Numbered from the stretch's first letter, positions 42,091-55,224 are shown. The stretch: DNA of 64,000 nucleotides from an uncultured Chloroflexia bacterium (GCA_963828165.1 CAWHDR010000001.1:2400001-2464000), one strand, 5' to 3'. Made by a program: numbers and translations. The notes: generated by a model not told the origin, from the sequence alone.

Positions 42091-43191
42091 CCGAACTCGA
42101 TGATCTGGCGGGTGTACTCGCCGCGGCGCATCGCGGCGAAGGCGTCCTCGACGTCGTCGAGCCGGATCCGGCGATCGATGAGGCGCTCGACCGGCAGGCG
42201 GCCGTCCAGGGTCCACGCGGCGTATCGCGGGAAATCGATGACCGGCTCCGCGAAGCCGTAGTTGGAGCCAAGGATGCGGCGCGAGCCGTCGACGAATGGA
42301 TAGACCTCGAACGCGGCGCGCGCACCGAGCGGGGTCATGCCGACCAGCACCGCGGTCCCCCCGAGCGGCAGCGCCGCGATCGCGAGCTCCGCGGTGTCGG
42401 TCCGGCCGATCGCCTCGAACACGAAGTCGGGGCCGCCGTCGGTCAGGTCGCGCAGCGCTTCGATCGTGGCCGCCGGGTCGTCGCCGGCCAGGATCGTGTC
42501 GGTCGCCCCGACGGTCCGTGCGGCGTCCAGCTTGGCCGCGACCCGATCGATCGCCACGATCCGCGACGCACCCGCGACGACCGCGCCCATCACGCACGAG
42601 AGACCGACACCACCGAGCCCGATCACGGCAACCGACGCGCCCGCCGGGACGGCGGCGGTCTTGAGCACGGCACCCGACGCCGGTCGTGACGCAGCAGCCG
42701 ATGAGGGCCGCGACGCCGGCATCCGTGCCCTCGGGCAGTGGGATCGCGGCCGCGGCCGGAACGACGACGGCCTCGGCCATGGTCGCGATGGCGCAATAGG
42801 CCCGGACCGGGGTACCGGCACGGCTGAACGGCGCCGTGCCGTCCAGGAGCGCGTGCCGGTACGACGGGGAGTCCGGGCAGGCCCAGACGTGGCCCCGCCG
42901 GCACGATCGGCATACCCCGCACGGGATGAGCCACGACAGCGCCACGAGTTCGCCGACCCGCGGCGTCGTGACGCCCGGCCCGACCGCCTCGACGACGCCC
43001 GCGCCCTCATGACCCATCACGATCGGGGTCGGGCGATCCCACTCGCCGTCGCGGACATGCAGGTCGGAGTGACAGACGCCGGACGCCAGCATCCGGACGC
43101 GGACCTCGCCGGCGCGCGGCTCGACCAGATCGAGGTCGGCGATCACGACCGGCGCGCCGACGGTCTCCAGGACGGCGCCGCGGACCGGCAT
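42087..43191 (-). CDS. Zn-dependent alcohol dehydrogenase (frameshift near 42672)
   Basis: GVCHSDLH, GHEGAG, CGVCRSC, IGCCVTTGVG, then next frame IGLGGVG. Confidence 0.88.
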
Positions 43192-43196
43192 GGGGC

Positions 43197-44934
43197 TCAG
43201 ACCTCCGCTCGCTGGCGCCGCTCGACGGCGCGGGCCCGCGTGTAGGGAACGTACTCGGGCCGCCACATGGCGGCCTCGACCTCGGTCTCGGGATCGAACG
43301 GCCCGCGCTCAGCCGCCGCGGACAACCCGGCGGCCACGGCCTCGCGGGCCACGACGACGGCGATGCGCCGGGCCGTGGTGCGGAGCGAGGCGACCGCCGG
43401 GTAGAGCGCCCCGGTCGCCAGGCGCTCGTCGGTCACCTCGGCCGCCAGCTCGTGGGCCGCGAGCAGGAACATCCGGTCCGTCACGGCCCGCGACTCGGCC
43501 ACGATGGCGCCCAGGCCCACGCCCGGGAAGACGAACACGTTGTTCGCCTGGCCGATGTGGCGGAGCGCGCCATCGACCTCGACGGCCTCGAACGGGGAGC
43601 CGGTGGCCACGAGCGCCCGACCGTCGGTCCAGGCAAGGACTTCGGCCGGGGTGGCCTCCGCGACCGAGGTCGGGTTGCTCAACGGCAACACGATCGGTCG
43701 CTCGGCCGGCCCGAGCGCATCGGCCATCGCCCGCACCACGGTCTCGCTGAACGTGCCGGCCACCCCGGTCGTGCCCACGAGGATCGTGGGCCGGCGGGCT
43801 CGGATGGTCTCGACGAGGTCCGGCGTCGCACCGGCGGCGGCCGCCACCGAAAGCTTCGATTTCGAAGCATCCAGATCGGAGCGGCCGGCATGGACGAGGC
43901 CCTTCGTGTCGACCAGCGCGATCGCGTCGAGCACGATGTCCTCCGCCACGCCCGCTTCGCGCATCGCCAGGCGCAGCAACCGCCCGATGCCGATCCCGGC
44001 CGCGCCCGCCCCGACGAGCACGATCCGCGCGTCGGCCAGGGACCGACCCGTCGCCCGAAGCCCCGCCAGCACGCCGGCCAGCACGACCGCGGCCGTCCCG
44101 GAGATGTCGTCGTTGAAGGAGGGCACCCGGTCCTGGTAGCGGTCGAGGAGGCGGAGCGCGTTGTGCTGCTTGAAGTCCTCGAACTGGATCAGGCAGCCTG
44201 GCCAGACCTCCTCGACGCCGGTGACGAATGCCTCGACGAGCGCGTCGTACTCCGCGCCGCGCAGCCGAGGCGCTCGATAGCCCAGGTACAGCGGATCATC
44301 CAGCAACCACGGGTTGTCGGTCCCGACGTCGAGCGAGACCGGCAGCGTCAGCGCTCGGATGGATGCCGCAGGCCGCCGTGTACAGCGCGAGCTTGCCGAT
44401 CGGGATGGCCATGCCGCCCGCGCCCTGGTCGCCCAGGCCCAGGATCCGCTCGTTGTCGGTCACCACGATCAGGCGGACGTCCTCGAACGGGCCCTGGCGC
44501 AGGAGGTCCGGGATGCGGTCCACGTCGGCCGGGGTGATCCACGTGCCGCGGGTCCGCCGGATGATGTGGCTGAACTCCTGGGTCGCCCGCCCGACCGTCG
44601 GCGTGTAGACGATCGGCAGGAACTCCTCCAGGTGGTCGGCCAGCAGCCGGTAGAACAGCGTCGCGTTGCGGTCCTGGAGCGCGGCAAGGCCGATGTACTG
44701 CTCGAGCGGGTCGGTCTTGACCCGGAGGTGCTCGAGCTCGAGCTCGACCTGTTCCTCGATCGTCAGGACCCGGGCCGGGAGGAGGCCGCGCAGCCGGAAC
44801 GCCTCGCGCTCCTCGAGCGGGAACGCGAGATCCTTGGTGAGCAGGCGGCTTCCGAGGAGGGCCGGGCCGGCGACCGCGATGCTGGCCGGACGCCCGGCCA
44901 CCATGTCGTCGAACGGGGACGGCAGCGGCTTCAC
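43197..44934 (-). CDS. NAD-dependent malic enzyme (frameshift near 44355)
   Basis: [55 protein letters not shown]. Confidence 0.9.
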
Positions 44935-44957
44935 GGCGCCAAGTATGGTTCGCGTCA
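44934..44957. promoter_or_regulatory. Putative bidirectional promoter for two leaderless genes
   Basis: + TATGGT (44944-49)-N7-ATG and - CATACT (44942-47)-N7-GTG overlap. Confidence 0.5.
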
Positions 44958-45850
44958 TGGAGCCCTTGCCGCCCGGTTTTCGCTGGCCCGACGGCATCCG
45001 GGCCGCGGCGCTGTTCGGCTTCGACCTCGATGCCGAGGCCGTGATGCTGGTCGACCACCCCGAGACCGCCGAGTACCTCGACGTCATGGCCCACCAGCGC
45101 TACGGCCCGCGCGTCGCGGTGCCGCGGCTGCTGCGGATGCTCGACCGGGTCAAGCTGCGGACGACGTTCTTCATCCCGGGCTGGGTCGCCGAGACGTGGC
45201 CGGACGTCGCCCGTTCCGTGCGCGACGCGGGCCACGAGATCGGCCATCACGGGTATCTGCACGAGAGCGTGCGCGGCGTGGACGCGGCCACGGAGGAGGG
45301 CTACCTGCTGCGCGGCCTCGAGGCGCTCGACACCGTGCTCGGGGTTCGGCCGATCGGCTACCGGCCCCCGTCCTGGGACATGAACTTCGAGACGCCGGCC
45401 CTGCTGGCGAAGCACGGGTTCCGCTACGACTCGGCGCTCATGGATTCGGACCATCCGTATCGCCTCGCGGCGGGCGGGGCGGGACCCGCTGGCGGGGGCG
45501 TCGCGACGGCCGCGACCCTCATCGAGCTTCCCGTCCACTGGAGCCTCGACGACTGGAACCGCTGGAACTACGTCCCGGGCTACGCGTCCTCGCCCATCCT
45601 GCGCCCGAGCGCCGTCGAGGCCGACTGGGCCGAGGAGCTCGAGGCGATCGTCGAGGTCGGCGGCCTCTTCAACGTCACGATGCACCCGTTCATCTCGGGC
45701 CGGCCGTCACGCGCCGCCGCCATCGAGCGCCTGATCGAGCGCGCCCGCTCGATCGACGGCCTGTGGGTCGCGGCCGCTGACGAGATCGCGGCCTGGGTGG
45801 AGACCCTGGACCTGCCGCCGGTCGCGCACGAGCGTCCGAAGGGGACCTGA
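44957..45850 (+). CDS. Polysaccharide deacetylase (CE4, PuuE/HpPgdA-like)
   Basis: [34 protein letters not shown]. Confidence 0.9.
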   Translation: MEPLPPGFRWPDGIRAAALFGFDLDAEAVMLVDHPETAEYLDVMAHQRYGPRVAVPRLLRMLDRVKLRTTFFIPGWVAETWPDVARSVRDAGHEIGHHGYLHESVRGVDAATEEGYLLRGLEALDTVLGVRPIGYRPPSWDMNFETPALLAKHGFRYDSALMDSDHPYRLAAGGAGPAGGGVATAATLIELPVHWSLDDWNRWNYVPGYASSPILRPSAVEADWAEELEAIVEVGGLFNVTMHPFISGRPSRAAAIERLIERARSIDGLWVAAADEIAAWVETLDLPPVAHERPKGT

Positions 45851-45858
45851 CCGGAAGG

Positions 45859-45880
45859 GGTGGTGCGTCCACGCACCACC
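45859..45880. other. Perfect 10-bp inverted repeat (terminator or operator)
   Basis: GGTGGTGCGT-CC-ACGCACCACC between the deacetylase stop and the S8 gene. Confidence 0.5.
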
Positions 45881-46056
45881 ATGCGATTCCGTGACGTTGC
45901 GCGCGTACCCGAGGTGTAGTCTGCCGCTGCCTGTCACGCGCGCCTCGGTTGCGCGTCCTCGCGACGGGAACCGAAGCGAACGGGATGCGACCACTGCGAT
46001 GGCCGCGACTGTGGGAGTGACCGTCGGTGAGGGCCGGCGGGATGGAGGGGTTCGGG

Positions 46057-49000
46057 ATGACTCGTCATCGTCTCGTGGCGGCCGTTGTCGCCCTGTTTCT
46101 GGTCGTCGCCCAGGTGGCCACGGTGGCCGCAGCCCCCGGGCAGGGGAACAGAGGCGAACGCAACGGCAACGCGGCCCCGATCGACAAGGAGCTCCAGCGC
46201 GCCCTGAAAGCAGGCACCGCGACGGAGATCGTCGTCGAATTCGACGCCCAGGCGAGCCTGAATGCCGCCAGGAAGGTCAAGGATCGAGAGAAGCGTGGCA
46301 ACGCCGTGGTCAAATCCCTCAAGACGACCGCCGCCACAGCCCAGAGGACGGCCCGCGCAACGGTTGCCAAGACCAAAGGCGCGACGGCCACCTCCTACTG
46401 GCTGGTCAACGTCCTCGTGGTCGAGGGCGACGCCAAGACCCTCGACAAGGTCGCGAAGCAGCTCGCGAAGCAGCCGGGCGTCAGCAGCATCCGCGCCCCG
46501 CAGATCTACCCCCTCGTCAAGCCGGTCGAGACCAGCGTCGCGATCCTCGCGGCCATCGGCGACCCGGAATGGGGCGTCGAGAAGATCCGGGCGGACGAGG
46601 CCTGGGTCGACGGCATCCTGGGCCAGGGAATCGTCGTCGCCAACGTCGACACGGGCGCCGACTTCACCCACCCGGCCCTGATCGAGCAGTACCGCGGCAA
46701 CCTCGGCGGCGGCGACTTCGACCACAACTACAACTGGTGGGACCCGAGCGGCATCTGCGGCGATGAGCCGTGCGACAACGTCGGCCACGGCACGCACACG
46801 ATGGGCACGATGGTCGGCGGTGACGGCCCGGGGCCATTCACGCCCGACACGGGTGTCGCACCAGGCGCCCAGTGGATGGCAGCCAAGGGCTGCGAAGACC
46901 TCGGCTGCAGCGACATCGCGCTGCTGTCCGCGGGCCAATTCATCCTGGAGCCGACCGATCTCGCCGGCGAGAATCCCGACGGCTCCAAGCGCCCCGATAT
47001 CGTGAACAACTCCTGGGGCGGAGGTCCCGGCAGCACGTTCTATCTCGAGATCGTCCAGGCCTGGCGCACCGCCGGGATCATCCCGGTGTTCTCGTCCGGC
47101 AATCCCGGGCCGTTCTGCGGCGAGGGCGGCTCGCCCGGCGACTTCCTCGAGTCGTTCAGCGCCGGGGCCACCGACGTCAACGACGAGATCGCCGAGTTCT
47201 CGGGCCGCGGCCCATCTGCGTTCGGCAAGATCAACCCGGACGTCTCGGCCCCCGGCGTGGAGGTCATCTCGAGCGTGCCCGGTGGCGGTTACGAGGCCTT
47301 CTCCGGTACGTCCATGGCCGCCCCCCACGTCGCGGGCACCCTCGCCCTGATGCTGTCGGCGGAGCCCGCGCTGCGTGGCGACTTCACGGCCGCGACCGAC
47401 GCCCTGCGCGCCACCGCCGTCGATCGCATCGACGAGAGCTGCGGCGGCGACGAGGACGGCGACCCCAACAACGTCTACGGCGAAGGCCGCATCGACGCCA
47501 AGGCCGCAGTCGATCTCGTCGCGACCGGCGGCACGCTCGCCGGCACGATCACGGATTCCGCGACCGACGCGCCCATCGCCGGTGCCCGAATCACCGCGAA
47601 TGACGGCGATCGCGACTTCACCGCCGTCACCGACGAGAACGGCGACTACGACCTCTTCCTCGCCGCCGGCACGTACCTCGTGACCGCGGAGGCGTTCGGG
47701 TACTTCGGTGACTTTGCGTCCGGCGTCGAGATCGTCACCGACGAGACCACGGACCAGGACTTCTCGCTCGTGCTCCTGCCGCGGTTCATCGTGAGCGGCA
47801 CGATCACGTCGGCCGAGAACGGCTCGCCCATCGCCGGCGCCCACGTGACGGCGGTCGGCACGCCGGTCCCGCCGGCCACGACGAATGCCAGCGGCGACTA
47901 CTCCATGGAGCTGCCGATCGGCACCTACCTGCTCCACGCGAGCGCCAACGGCTGCACCGAATCGGGCGAGGCCGAGATCGTCGGCTCCGACGAGGACGAG
48001 GTCGTCGACCAGGACTTCGTCCTCTTCCGCAAACTCGATGATTTCGGGCACGCGTGCACGGCGATCCCGTTCGACTGGGTCGACGCGACCGGTCAGTCGG
48101 CCCTGTACGGCGATGAGTTCGCCGGGCGCCTGCGACTGCCGTTCGAGTTCCCGTTCTACGACGGCGCCTACGAGCAGATCTACCTGTCCGACAACGGCTA
48201 CATGAACTTCCTGGCACCCGAGCAGTCCAACAACTTCCCGCAGTCGATCCCGTCGGCGAACCCGCCGAACGCCGCGATCTACGCGCTGTGGCAGGACCTG
48301 TACCTCGACGACGGCAGCTCGGTCGACTACGAGCTCATCGGCACTGCGCCCGACCGCGCGTTCGTCATCTCCTATTCGAACATCAAGGCGTTCGGGTCCA
48401 CGGGCACGAACGACTTCCAGGTGAAGCTGTGGGAGAGCGGCAACATCGATCTCCTGTACGGCCCGAACGCGCCCAATCCGGGTGACGGCCGCAACGCGAC
48501 CGTCGGCATCGAGGATGCCAGCGGTACCGACGCGCTCCAGCTCGGGTTCATGGAGCCGATCCTGACCCCGAACAGCGCCACCCGTATCACCGTGGTCCCG
48601 ACCGGTATCGCCACGGGCGTCGTTACCGACGCGAACGACGGCTCGCCGATCGTCGGCGCCACCGTCGAAGCGCAGCCGGGCGGACGCACCGCCGAGACCG
48701 ATGAGACCGGCACGTACCGGCTCCGGCTGCTGCCGGGCAACTACACGCTGACCGCCTCGAAGGATCCGTACGAAGCCGCCTCCAGCCCGGCCACGATCGT
48801 GGACGGGGAGGAGCTCACGGTCGACTTCTCGCTCAACGCCTCGATCGCGTCGGTCACTCCGATCGAGATCATCGAGACCGTCGACTTCGGCGCCACGACC
48901 ACCGTGCCGATCACCATCGGGAACACCGGCTCGGCGGACCTCGACCTGGGAAGCCAAGGAGCGCCTGCTCGGCGTGACCACGCCGGAGCTGCCGCCGGCC

Positions 49001-51665
49001 GTCAGCGTGACCCGCAACCCAGGTTGGGGCCCGCTCAAGGACACGGACAAGGTGCCGCTCATCGTCATCGACGACACGGCCCCGTCGCCCGTCCTGTCCC
49101 CGATCATCAGTGACCCCGCGGGCGACTCCGAAGGGCCGATCGACGTCATCTCCGTCCGGGCCGGTTCCGATGGAACGGTCCTCGCCGGGATGGCGCTCGA
49201 CTTCACGGCCGACACGCCGATCGACCAGGCCGTGGGCTACGTCTTCCTCGATATCGACCAGAACCCGGACACCGGCGTGCCGGCCGAGGCGCTCTCGGGC
49301 CTGCCGACGCAGGACGTCGGCATGGAGTACTTCATCGACCTCTTCGGGATCCACGATCCCGAGCCGGTCATCTTCATCGTGGACGTCGAAACCTTCGAAG
49401 CCGTCGCTGTGCCCGCCACGGTCGACGGTCAGTCGCTCATCTTCGACATCCCGCTCGACGCCATCGGCGGCGATGACGGGAACATCAACACCGCCATGGT
49501 GTTGGGCGACTTCAACTTCCCGTACGACTGGGCCCCGGACGAGGGCCACGGCACGATCGAGCCCTTCTCCGACCTCCCGTGGATCGTCACGGAGCCGGAG
49601 TCCGGCACCGTCGCGCCCGGTGACTCGCAAGTCGCCCAGGTGACGCTCGGTGGGGCAGGGCTCGCGCCCGGCAACTACCAGGCGCTCGTCGTGCTCGTCA
49701 CCAACGACCCGAAGACGCCGCAAGTGCCCATCGCGATCGACCTGACGGTGCTGATGCCTGAGGAATTCGGGGTCATCACCGGCACGGTCACCGATGCCCA
49801 CAGCGGCGAGCCACTCCCCGGCGTGAGCGTCTCGGTCGCGTCCGAGTGGCCGGCTGGGACACCGCTCGAGCTCACGGCCACCACCGGCGACGACGGGACC
49901 TACAGCCTCGTCGGGCCGGAAGGCACGTGGCCCGCCACGTACAGCCTCGATGGCTACCTGTCCGTGACCAGCGACGTCACGATCGTTCGTGGCGTCTCCT
50001 CGGGCGGCAGGGATGCCGCCCTCCATCGCATCCAGCCACACGCCGTCCTCGACGGCGAGATCCCGGTCTTCGTCCTGACCCCGGGTCGCACCGCCTCGGC
50101 CACGATCGGGCTCGGCAACCCGGATGGGCACGCCGACCTGGAGGTCGAGATCGGTGAGGTCGACCTGGGTGGGCCGTCGTCCGCGGCCTCGATCCCTGCC
50201 TCCACGACCAAGGTCAAGCTGCCGGCGGGCGTGGACCGCAACGCCAAGTCCACCCGTGGCTTCGGGACCGCGGCGAAGGGCCTCGCGGTGCCGCCGCGCA
50301 TCGCGGCCGAGGGCGATGTCATCGCCTCGTGGCCGACCGGCATGACCAATCCGTGGGGTGTCGGCTATGACGGTGGCGTCTGGCTCTCCGACTTCGAGGA
50401 CATCATCGACGTCCACTTCAGCACCGACGGTGAGCGCGGCGACCAGTTCGACATCCCCTCAGTAGGGGAGTGGGGTGCCGACATCGCCTTCGACACCGAA
50501 CGCAACCTCATCTGGCAGGTCGCGGTCGGCGGCGACAACGGGATCTACGGCATCGATCCGAGCGACGGCTCGATCGAGCAGGTGATCACCGGTTCGCCGT
50601 GGAGCAACATCAGCCAGCGCGGCCTCGCCTACGATCCGGGCACCGACGTGTTCTACATCGGCGGCTGGAACGAAGGCATCGTCTACAAGGTCGCCGGCCC
50701 CTCGTGGCCGACGCCCGGGGAGACGCTGAACCAGTGCAGCCCGCCGGACTTCCCGATCTCCGGGCTCGCCTTCAACCGCTCCTTCGGGATGCTCTGGGAG
50801 GCGACCAACTCCGAAGCCAACACCATCTGGCTGCTCGATCCGCTGACCTGCGAGGCCAGCGTCGGCATCCCGCATCCCGACGGCGACGGCAACGGCGCCG
50901 GCCTGGAGCTCGATGCCGTGGGCAACCTCTGGACGGTCGGCCAGTTCACCCAGAACGCCTACCTCATCGAGTCCGGCCTGCCGACCTTCAGCGACGTGCC
51001 GTGGCTGACCGTCTCGCCGACGGAAGCGACGATCGCCCCTGATGGGTCGATCGACATCGACATCGCGGTCGATTCGACGGGTCTGGAGCCTGGTGTCTAC
51101 CGGGCGCTCGTCGTGATCCTGACCAATGACCCCGACAACTCCACGATCCAGCTGCCGGTCACGCTCGTCGTGCCGACCTACCAGCAGGGCATCGACGCGG
51201 GTGGCGGGGCCGATACCAACTCGAACGGCGACGTGTTCGCCGCCGATCGTCCATTCGGGTCCGGCCCGTATGGCTACCTCGGGTCGAGCTCGGCCAAGAG
51301 CACCAATGCACCGATCGCCGGGACCGTGGACGACAGCCTGTATCAGGAGCGCCGCGTCGGGATGTCGAGCTATCGGTTCGCCGTGCCTGACGGCACGTAC
51401 CAGGTCGACCTGCTCTTCGCGGAGATCGACAACGTGAAGGCCGGTGGCCGCAAGTTCGATGTGAGCATCGAGGGTGAGCTCGTGCTGCCCAAGCCTCGAC
51501 GTGTTCGCCGCCGCGGGCGGCAAGAACATCGCCCTCGAGCGTTCGTTCGTCGTGAGCGTCGATGACGGGCTGCTCGATATCGCCTTCGACGCCCAACGGG
51601 GCGACAAGCCGATCGTCAACGCGATCCTCGTGACGGGCCTGCCGGAGGGCGCACCCGGGACGTGA
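46057..51665 (+). CDS. Large secreted S8 serine peptidase with carboxypeptidase-regulatory-like repeats, beta-propeller and malectin-like domain (frameshifts near 48945 and 51490)
   Basis: Signal peptide; VANVDTG, HGTHTMGT, GTSMAAPH triad; repeated GT(I/V)TD..G.PI.GA units; C-terminal YQVDLLFAEI...RKFDVSIEG...PIVNAI. Confidence 0.87.
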
Positions 51666-51691
51666 TCGTCGCCACCAACCCGTAACGCAAC

Positions 51692-51722
51692 GAGCCGGCG
51701 GCGCCCTTCAGCCCGCCGGCTC
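51692..51722 (+). terminator. GC-rich hairpin, putative terminator
   Basis: GAGCCGGCGG...CCGCCGGCTC 10-bp stem after the S8 stop. Confidence 0.5.
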
Positions 51723-51891
51723 CTTCGTGCCAGTGGCGCCACGACGTCCGGGCCGCCGTGATGTCACTCTGAGTGACGCCCGCCGAACGAAGCAGCGGGG
51801 CTGCCGTCAAGAATCGGTGGAATCTGGAACAACTCGGGATCACACACGCTCGTTCATCGCGGACGCGCTACTGACCGTGACTCGGATCGCG

Positions 51892-52380
51892 TCAGCCCGC
51901 GGGCAGGACTCGGACGATGCCGACCATGCCGTAAGCCTCATGGCCTGGCAGGTGGCAGATGAAGCGGTACTCCCCGGGGTCCTGGAACGTGACGGTGGTC
52001 GTCCTGGATGTGCCCGCCGGCACGGAGACCTCGGTCGGGCGACGCCCGTGATCGGGTTCGGTGCCGGTTCGGTGGCGCTCGTGGAACGCGTCGTCGCCGA
52101 CGAGCCACTCGTGGTCGATGGGGTCGGCATTGACCAGCACGAACGTGAACGGGACGCCGGCCGTGGCGACCACCTCGGTCGTGCTGAATGCCGAGTACCG
52201 CATGCGGATCTCGGCACGGCCGTCATCCAGCCCCGGCGCCTTCACCCAGGCCGCCGCGATCCCGGCGAGACCGAGGGACAGGGCGATGCCGCCGACCAGG
52301 GCGAGGCGCCCCGGCCGGCGGCGTGAGGATCGGGTGCCGGCCGGCGCCCCAACGCCGGCCGGACCCAGGGATCGATTCAT
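51892..52380 (-). CDS. Cupredoxin/plastocyanin-like copper protein
   Basis: N-terminal TM; HEW and CHLPGHEAYGM copper ligands. Confidence 0.88.
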   Translation of the reverse strand: MNRSLGPAGVGAPAGTRSSRRRPGRLALVGGIALSLGLAGIAAAWVKAPGLDDGRAEIRMRYSAFSTTEVVATAGVPFTFVLVNADPIDHEWLVGDDAFHERHRTGTEPDHGRRPTEVSVPAGTSRTTTVTFQDPGEYRFICHLPGHEAYGMVGIVRVLPAG

Positions 52381-53440
52381 GCGGGATGCATGCCACTACC
52401 CGACGGTCGACGCGTGACCAGCACGATGAGCGCACCGAGCGTGCCGATGACGAACATCATCGTCCCGAGCGTGCGGAGCATCGCCGGCCCCGTCGGGTCG
52501 TTGGCACCCGGCAGGTCGAGTCCGGCGGCGACGCGGGACGGCGCATCCGGCACCGGAGGCGTCGATCGCCAGGTCGTACCCGAACTGGGCGGCCTCGCCG
52601 TCGAGCGCGACCTTGGACAGCCACGCATGCTGGGGCACCCATTCCATGCCGCGGTCGGACCGAAGGTCGGCCAGGAGCGACTCGGACGCGGGCTGGCTGT
52701 AGTCGAGCGACATGCCGTTGAAGCCGTCCGGCGCGGGCAGCATCGCGGGCTTCAGGTCGTTCAGGAGGTACACGTCGGCCTCGACGACTTCGGTCCCACC
52801 CTTGCCGAGGGCCAGGATGCGCAGCGGCACCCAGGGGTTCTCGGTCGGGATCGTGATGTGGACCGGCGTGCCGTCGCCGACGTTCTGGCCACGTGCCGCG
52901 GCCGCTTCGCCATCGAAGGCGGCAGCCAGGAAGATCTCGCTGCGGGCCGCGTAGAACTCGAGCACCTCGGGCGCGTCCGGCGGGAGGCGGAAGCCGTGGT
53001 CCTTGGCCCACACGCCGACCTCGTCGGCGCCGCCGCGCAGGACCGTGATGTCGAGCGCGTCGATCGTGACTTCCATGAGGACCTCGGCGGAGGCCGGCGG
53101 CCGCCGCGGCCGACAGGAGATCGAAGCTGAGCGCTCGCTGGACCGGGTCGGTCTCGAGGCGCAGCCGCTGGAGCGTCCAGTCGCCGCCCTTCTCGACACT
53201 CGTCGGTACCCCGGGGAGTGGCGTGAGACTGCCGAAGGCGCCACCGCCACCGGCGAACTCGAACGAGGTGATGTAGTGCTCCACCCCGTCGTGGTATCCG
53301 GCGAACGTCGTCGTCCGGAGCAGATTGACGGCCCCATTGGGACCGATGAGCCCGCCGCAGGCCAGAGCGGGGGCCGCAGTCACCGCGACCAGGAGGAGTC
53401 CGGCGATCAGGGCGCCGCCGGCTCGGTTGATCGAACGCAT
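52377..53440 (-). CDS. DUF2330-like exported protein with C-terminal TM anchor (frameshifts near 53090 and 52545)
   Basis: Signal ending ALA-CGG; corrected end abuts the cupredoxin ATG by ATGA overlap. Confidence 0.65.
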
Positions 53441-53600
53441 CGTCGATCCTCCTGTCGGTCGGCCGGTCCCGTCGTCGGGCCGGTCCGTCGGCGGGTAGAG
53501 ACTGCCGGGCGGCGCGAGATGTTCCGCCCGCACGGGTCCCGGTGCCCCGTGGCACCATCGCGCCATGGCCACCACGGAACGGGGAGCTGACACTCCCCGC

Positions 53601-55214
53601 ATGCTCCACCGACTCGCGCCCCTCGGTTTCGCCGCGCTCCTCGCCGTGTCGGCGGTCGTCTCGGCTCCCGCCGCGGCCCCGGTCGCCGCCGCGGACTTCC
53701 CCGCGAAGGACTCCCGCTACCACACGTACGCGGAGATGGTCGCGGAACTGAACAAGGCCGTCGCCGACCACCCGGCGATCGTCAAGAAGTTCTCGATCGG
53801 CAAGAGCCACCAGGGCCGCGAGATCTGGGCCGCGAAGATCTCCGACCACGTGGGGACCGACGAGATCGGAGCCCGAGCTCCTCTTCGATGGCCTCCACCA
53901 CGCCCGCGAACACCTGTCGGTCGGAGCAGACCCTCGCGATCCTGCGCTGGCTGACCGACGGCTACGGCACGAGCGAGCGAGCCACGAACATCGTCAACAG
54001 CCGCGAGATCTTCATCATCTTCATGGTCAATCCCGACGGCGGCGAGTACGACCTGACCGGCTCGCCATATCGAGCCTGGCGCAAGAACCGCCAGCCCAAC
54101 GCCGGCAGCTCGTACGTCGGCACGGACCTCAACCGCAATTACGACTATCGATGGGGCTGCTGCGGCGGCTCATCGGGCTCCAAGTCCGCGCTCACGTACC
54201 GCGGCCCCAAGGCGTTCTCGGCGCCCGAGACGCGGGCGGTCCGCGACTTCATCAAGAGCCGAGTCGTCGGCTCGCGGCAGCAGATCCGCGCGGCCATCAC
54301 GTTCCACACGGCGGGCCAGGAGATCCTCTGGCCGTACGGCTACACCCAGACCGACATCCCCGCCGACATGAGCGCCGACGACCACGCCGCGCTCCGGGCG
54401 CTCGGCATCAAGATGGCCAGCAAGAACGGCTACACGCCCAAGCAATCGAGCAGCCTGTACGTCACCGACGGCGACGAGATCGACTACGCCTACGGCCGCC
54501 ACCGGATCTTCATGTACACGTTCGAGATGTACCCGAGCCATGCGCAGGTCAGCTCGACCGCTCGCTTCTACCCGCCCGACGAGCAGATCGTGCCGCAGAC
54601 CGACCGCAACAAGGACGCCATCTACTACCTGATGGAGTCGGCCGGCTGCCTCTACGCGCTCGTCGGCAAGCGCACGACCCACTGTGGGGCGCTACAACGA
54701 GGACTTCGAGATCTCGCGCGGCTGGAAGGCGGACCCGCTCGGCACGGACACGATCAGCGGCGGCGCCTGGCAGCGGGGCAATCCGTCGACGACCACGTAT
54801 CAGGCCGGGACCGTCCGGTCGGGATCCATGGCGCTGGTCACCGGTGCGTCGGCCGGGACATCCGCGAACTCGTACGACATCGACGGCGGACCGACCACGA
54901 TCCGCTCGCCCGAGATCAAGCTGCCGTCGACCGTGGGCAACCTCGTGTTCCGCTACTACCTGGCCCATGCCTCGAACTCGTCGTCCGCGGACGTGTTCCG
55001 CGCGTATGTCGAGGCCGCGGACGGGACGCGAACGCTCGTCCGCGAGGAACGCGGCGCCGCGAACAAGGACACGCCGGCGTGGACCCTCGCCACGATCCCG
55101 ATGACGCCGTGGGCCGGGCAGACGGTCCGGATCGTGTTCCTGGCGCAGGACCGGGGTACGGCCTCGACCGTCGAGGCGGCCGTGGACGACGTCCGGATCA
55201 CGCGACCGGAGTAG
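53601..55214 (+). CDS. M14 zinc carboxypeptidase (carboxypeptidase T-like) with C-terminal beta-sandwich domain (frameshifts near 53870, 53925, 54688)
   Basis: [52 protein letters not shown]. Confidence 0.88.
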
Positions 55215-55224
55215 GGGCGGCGGC

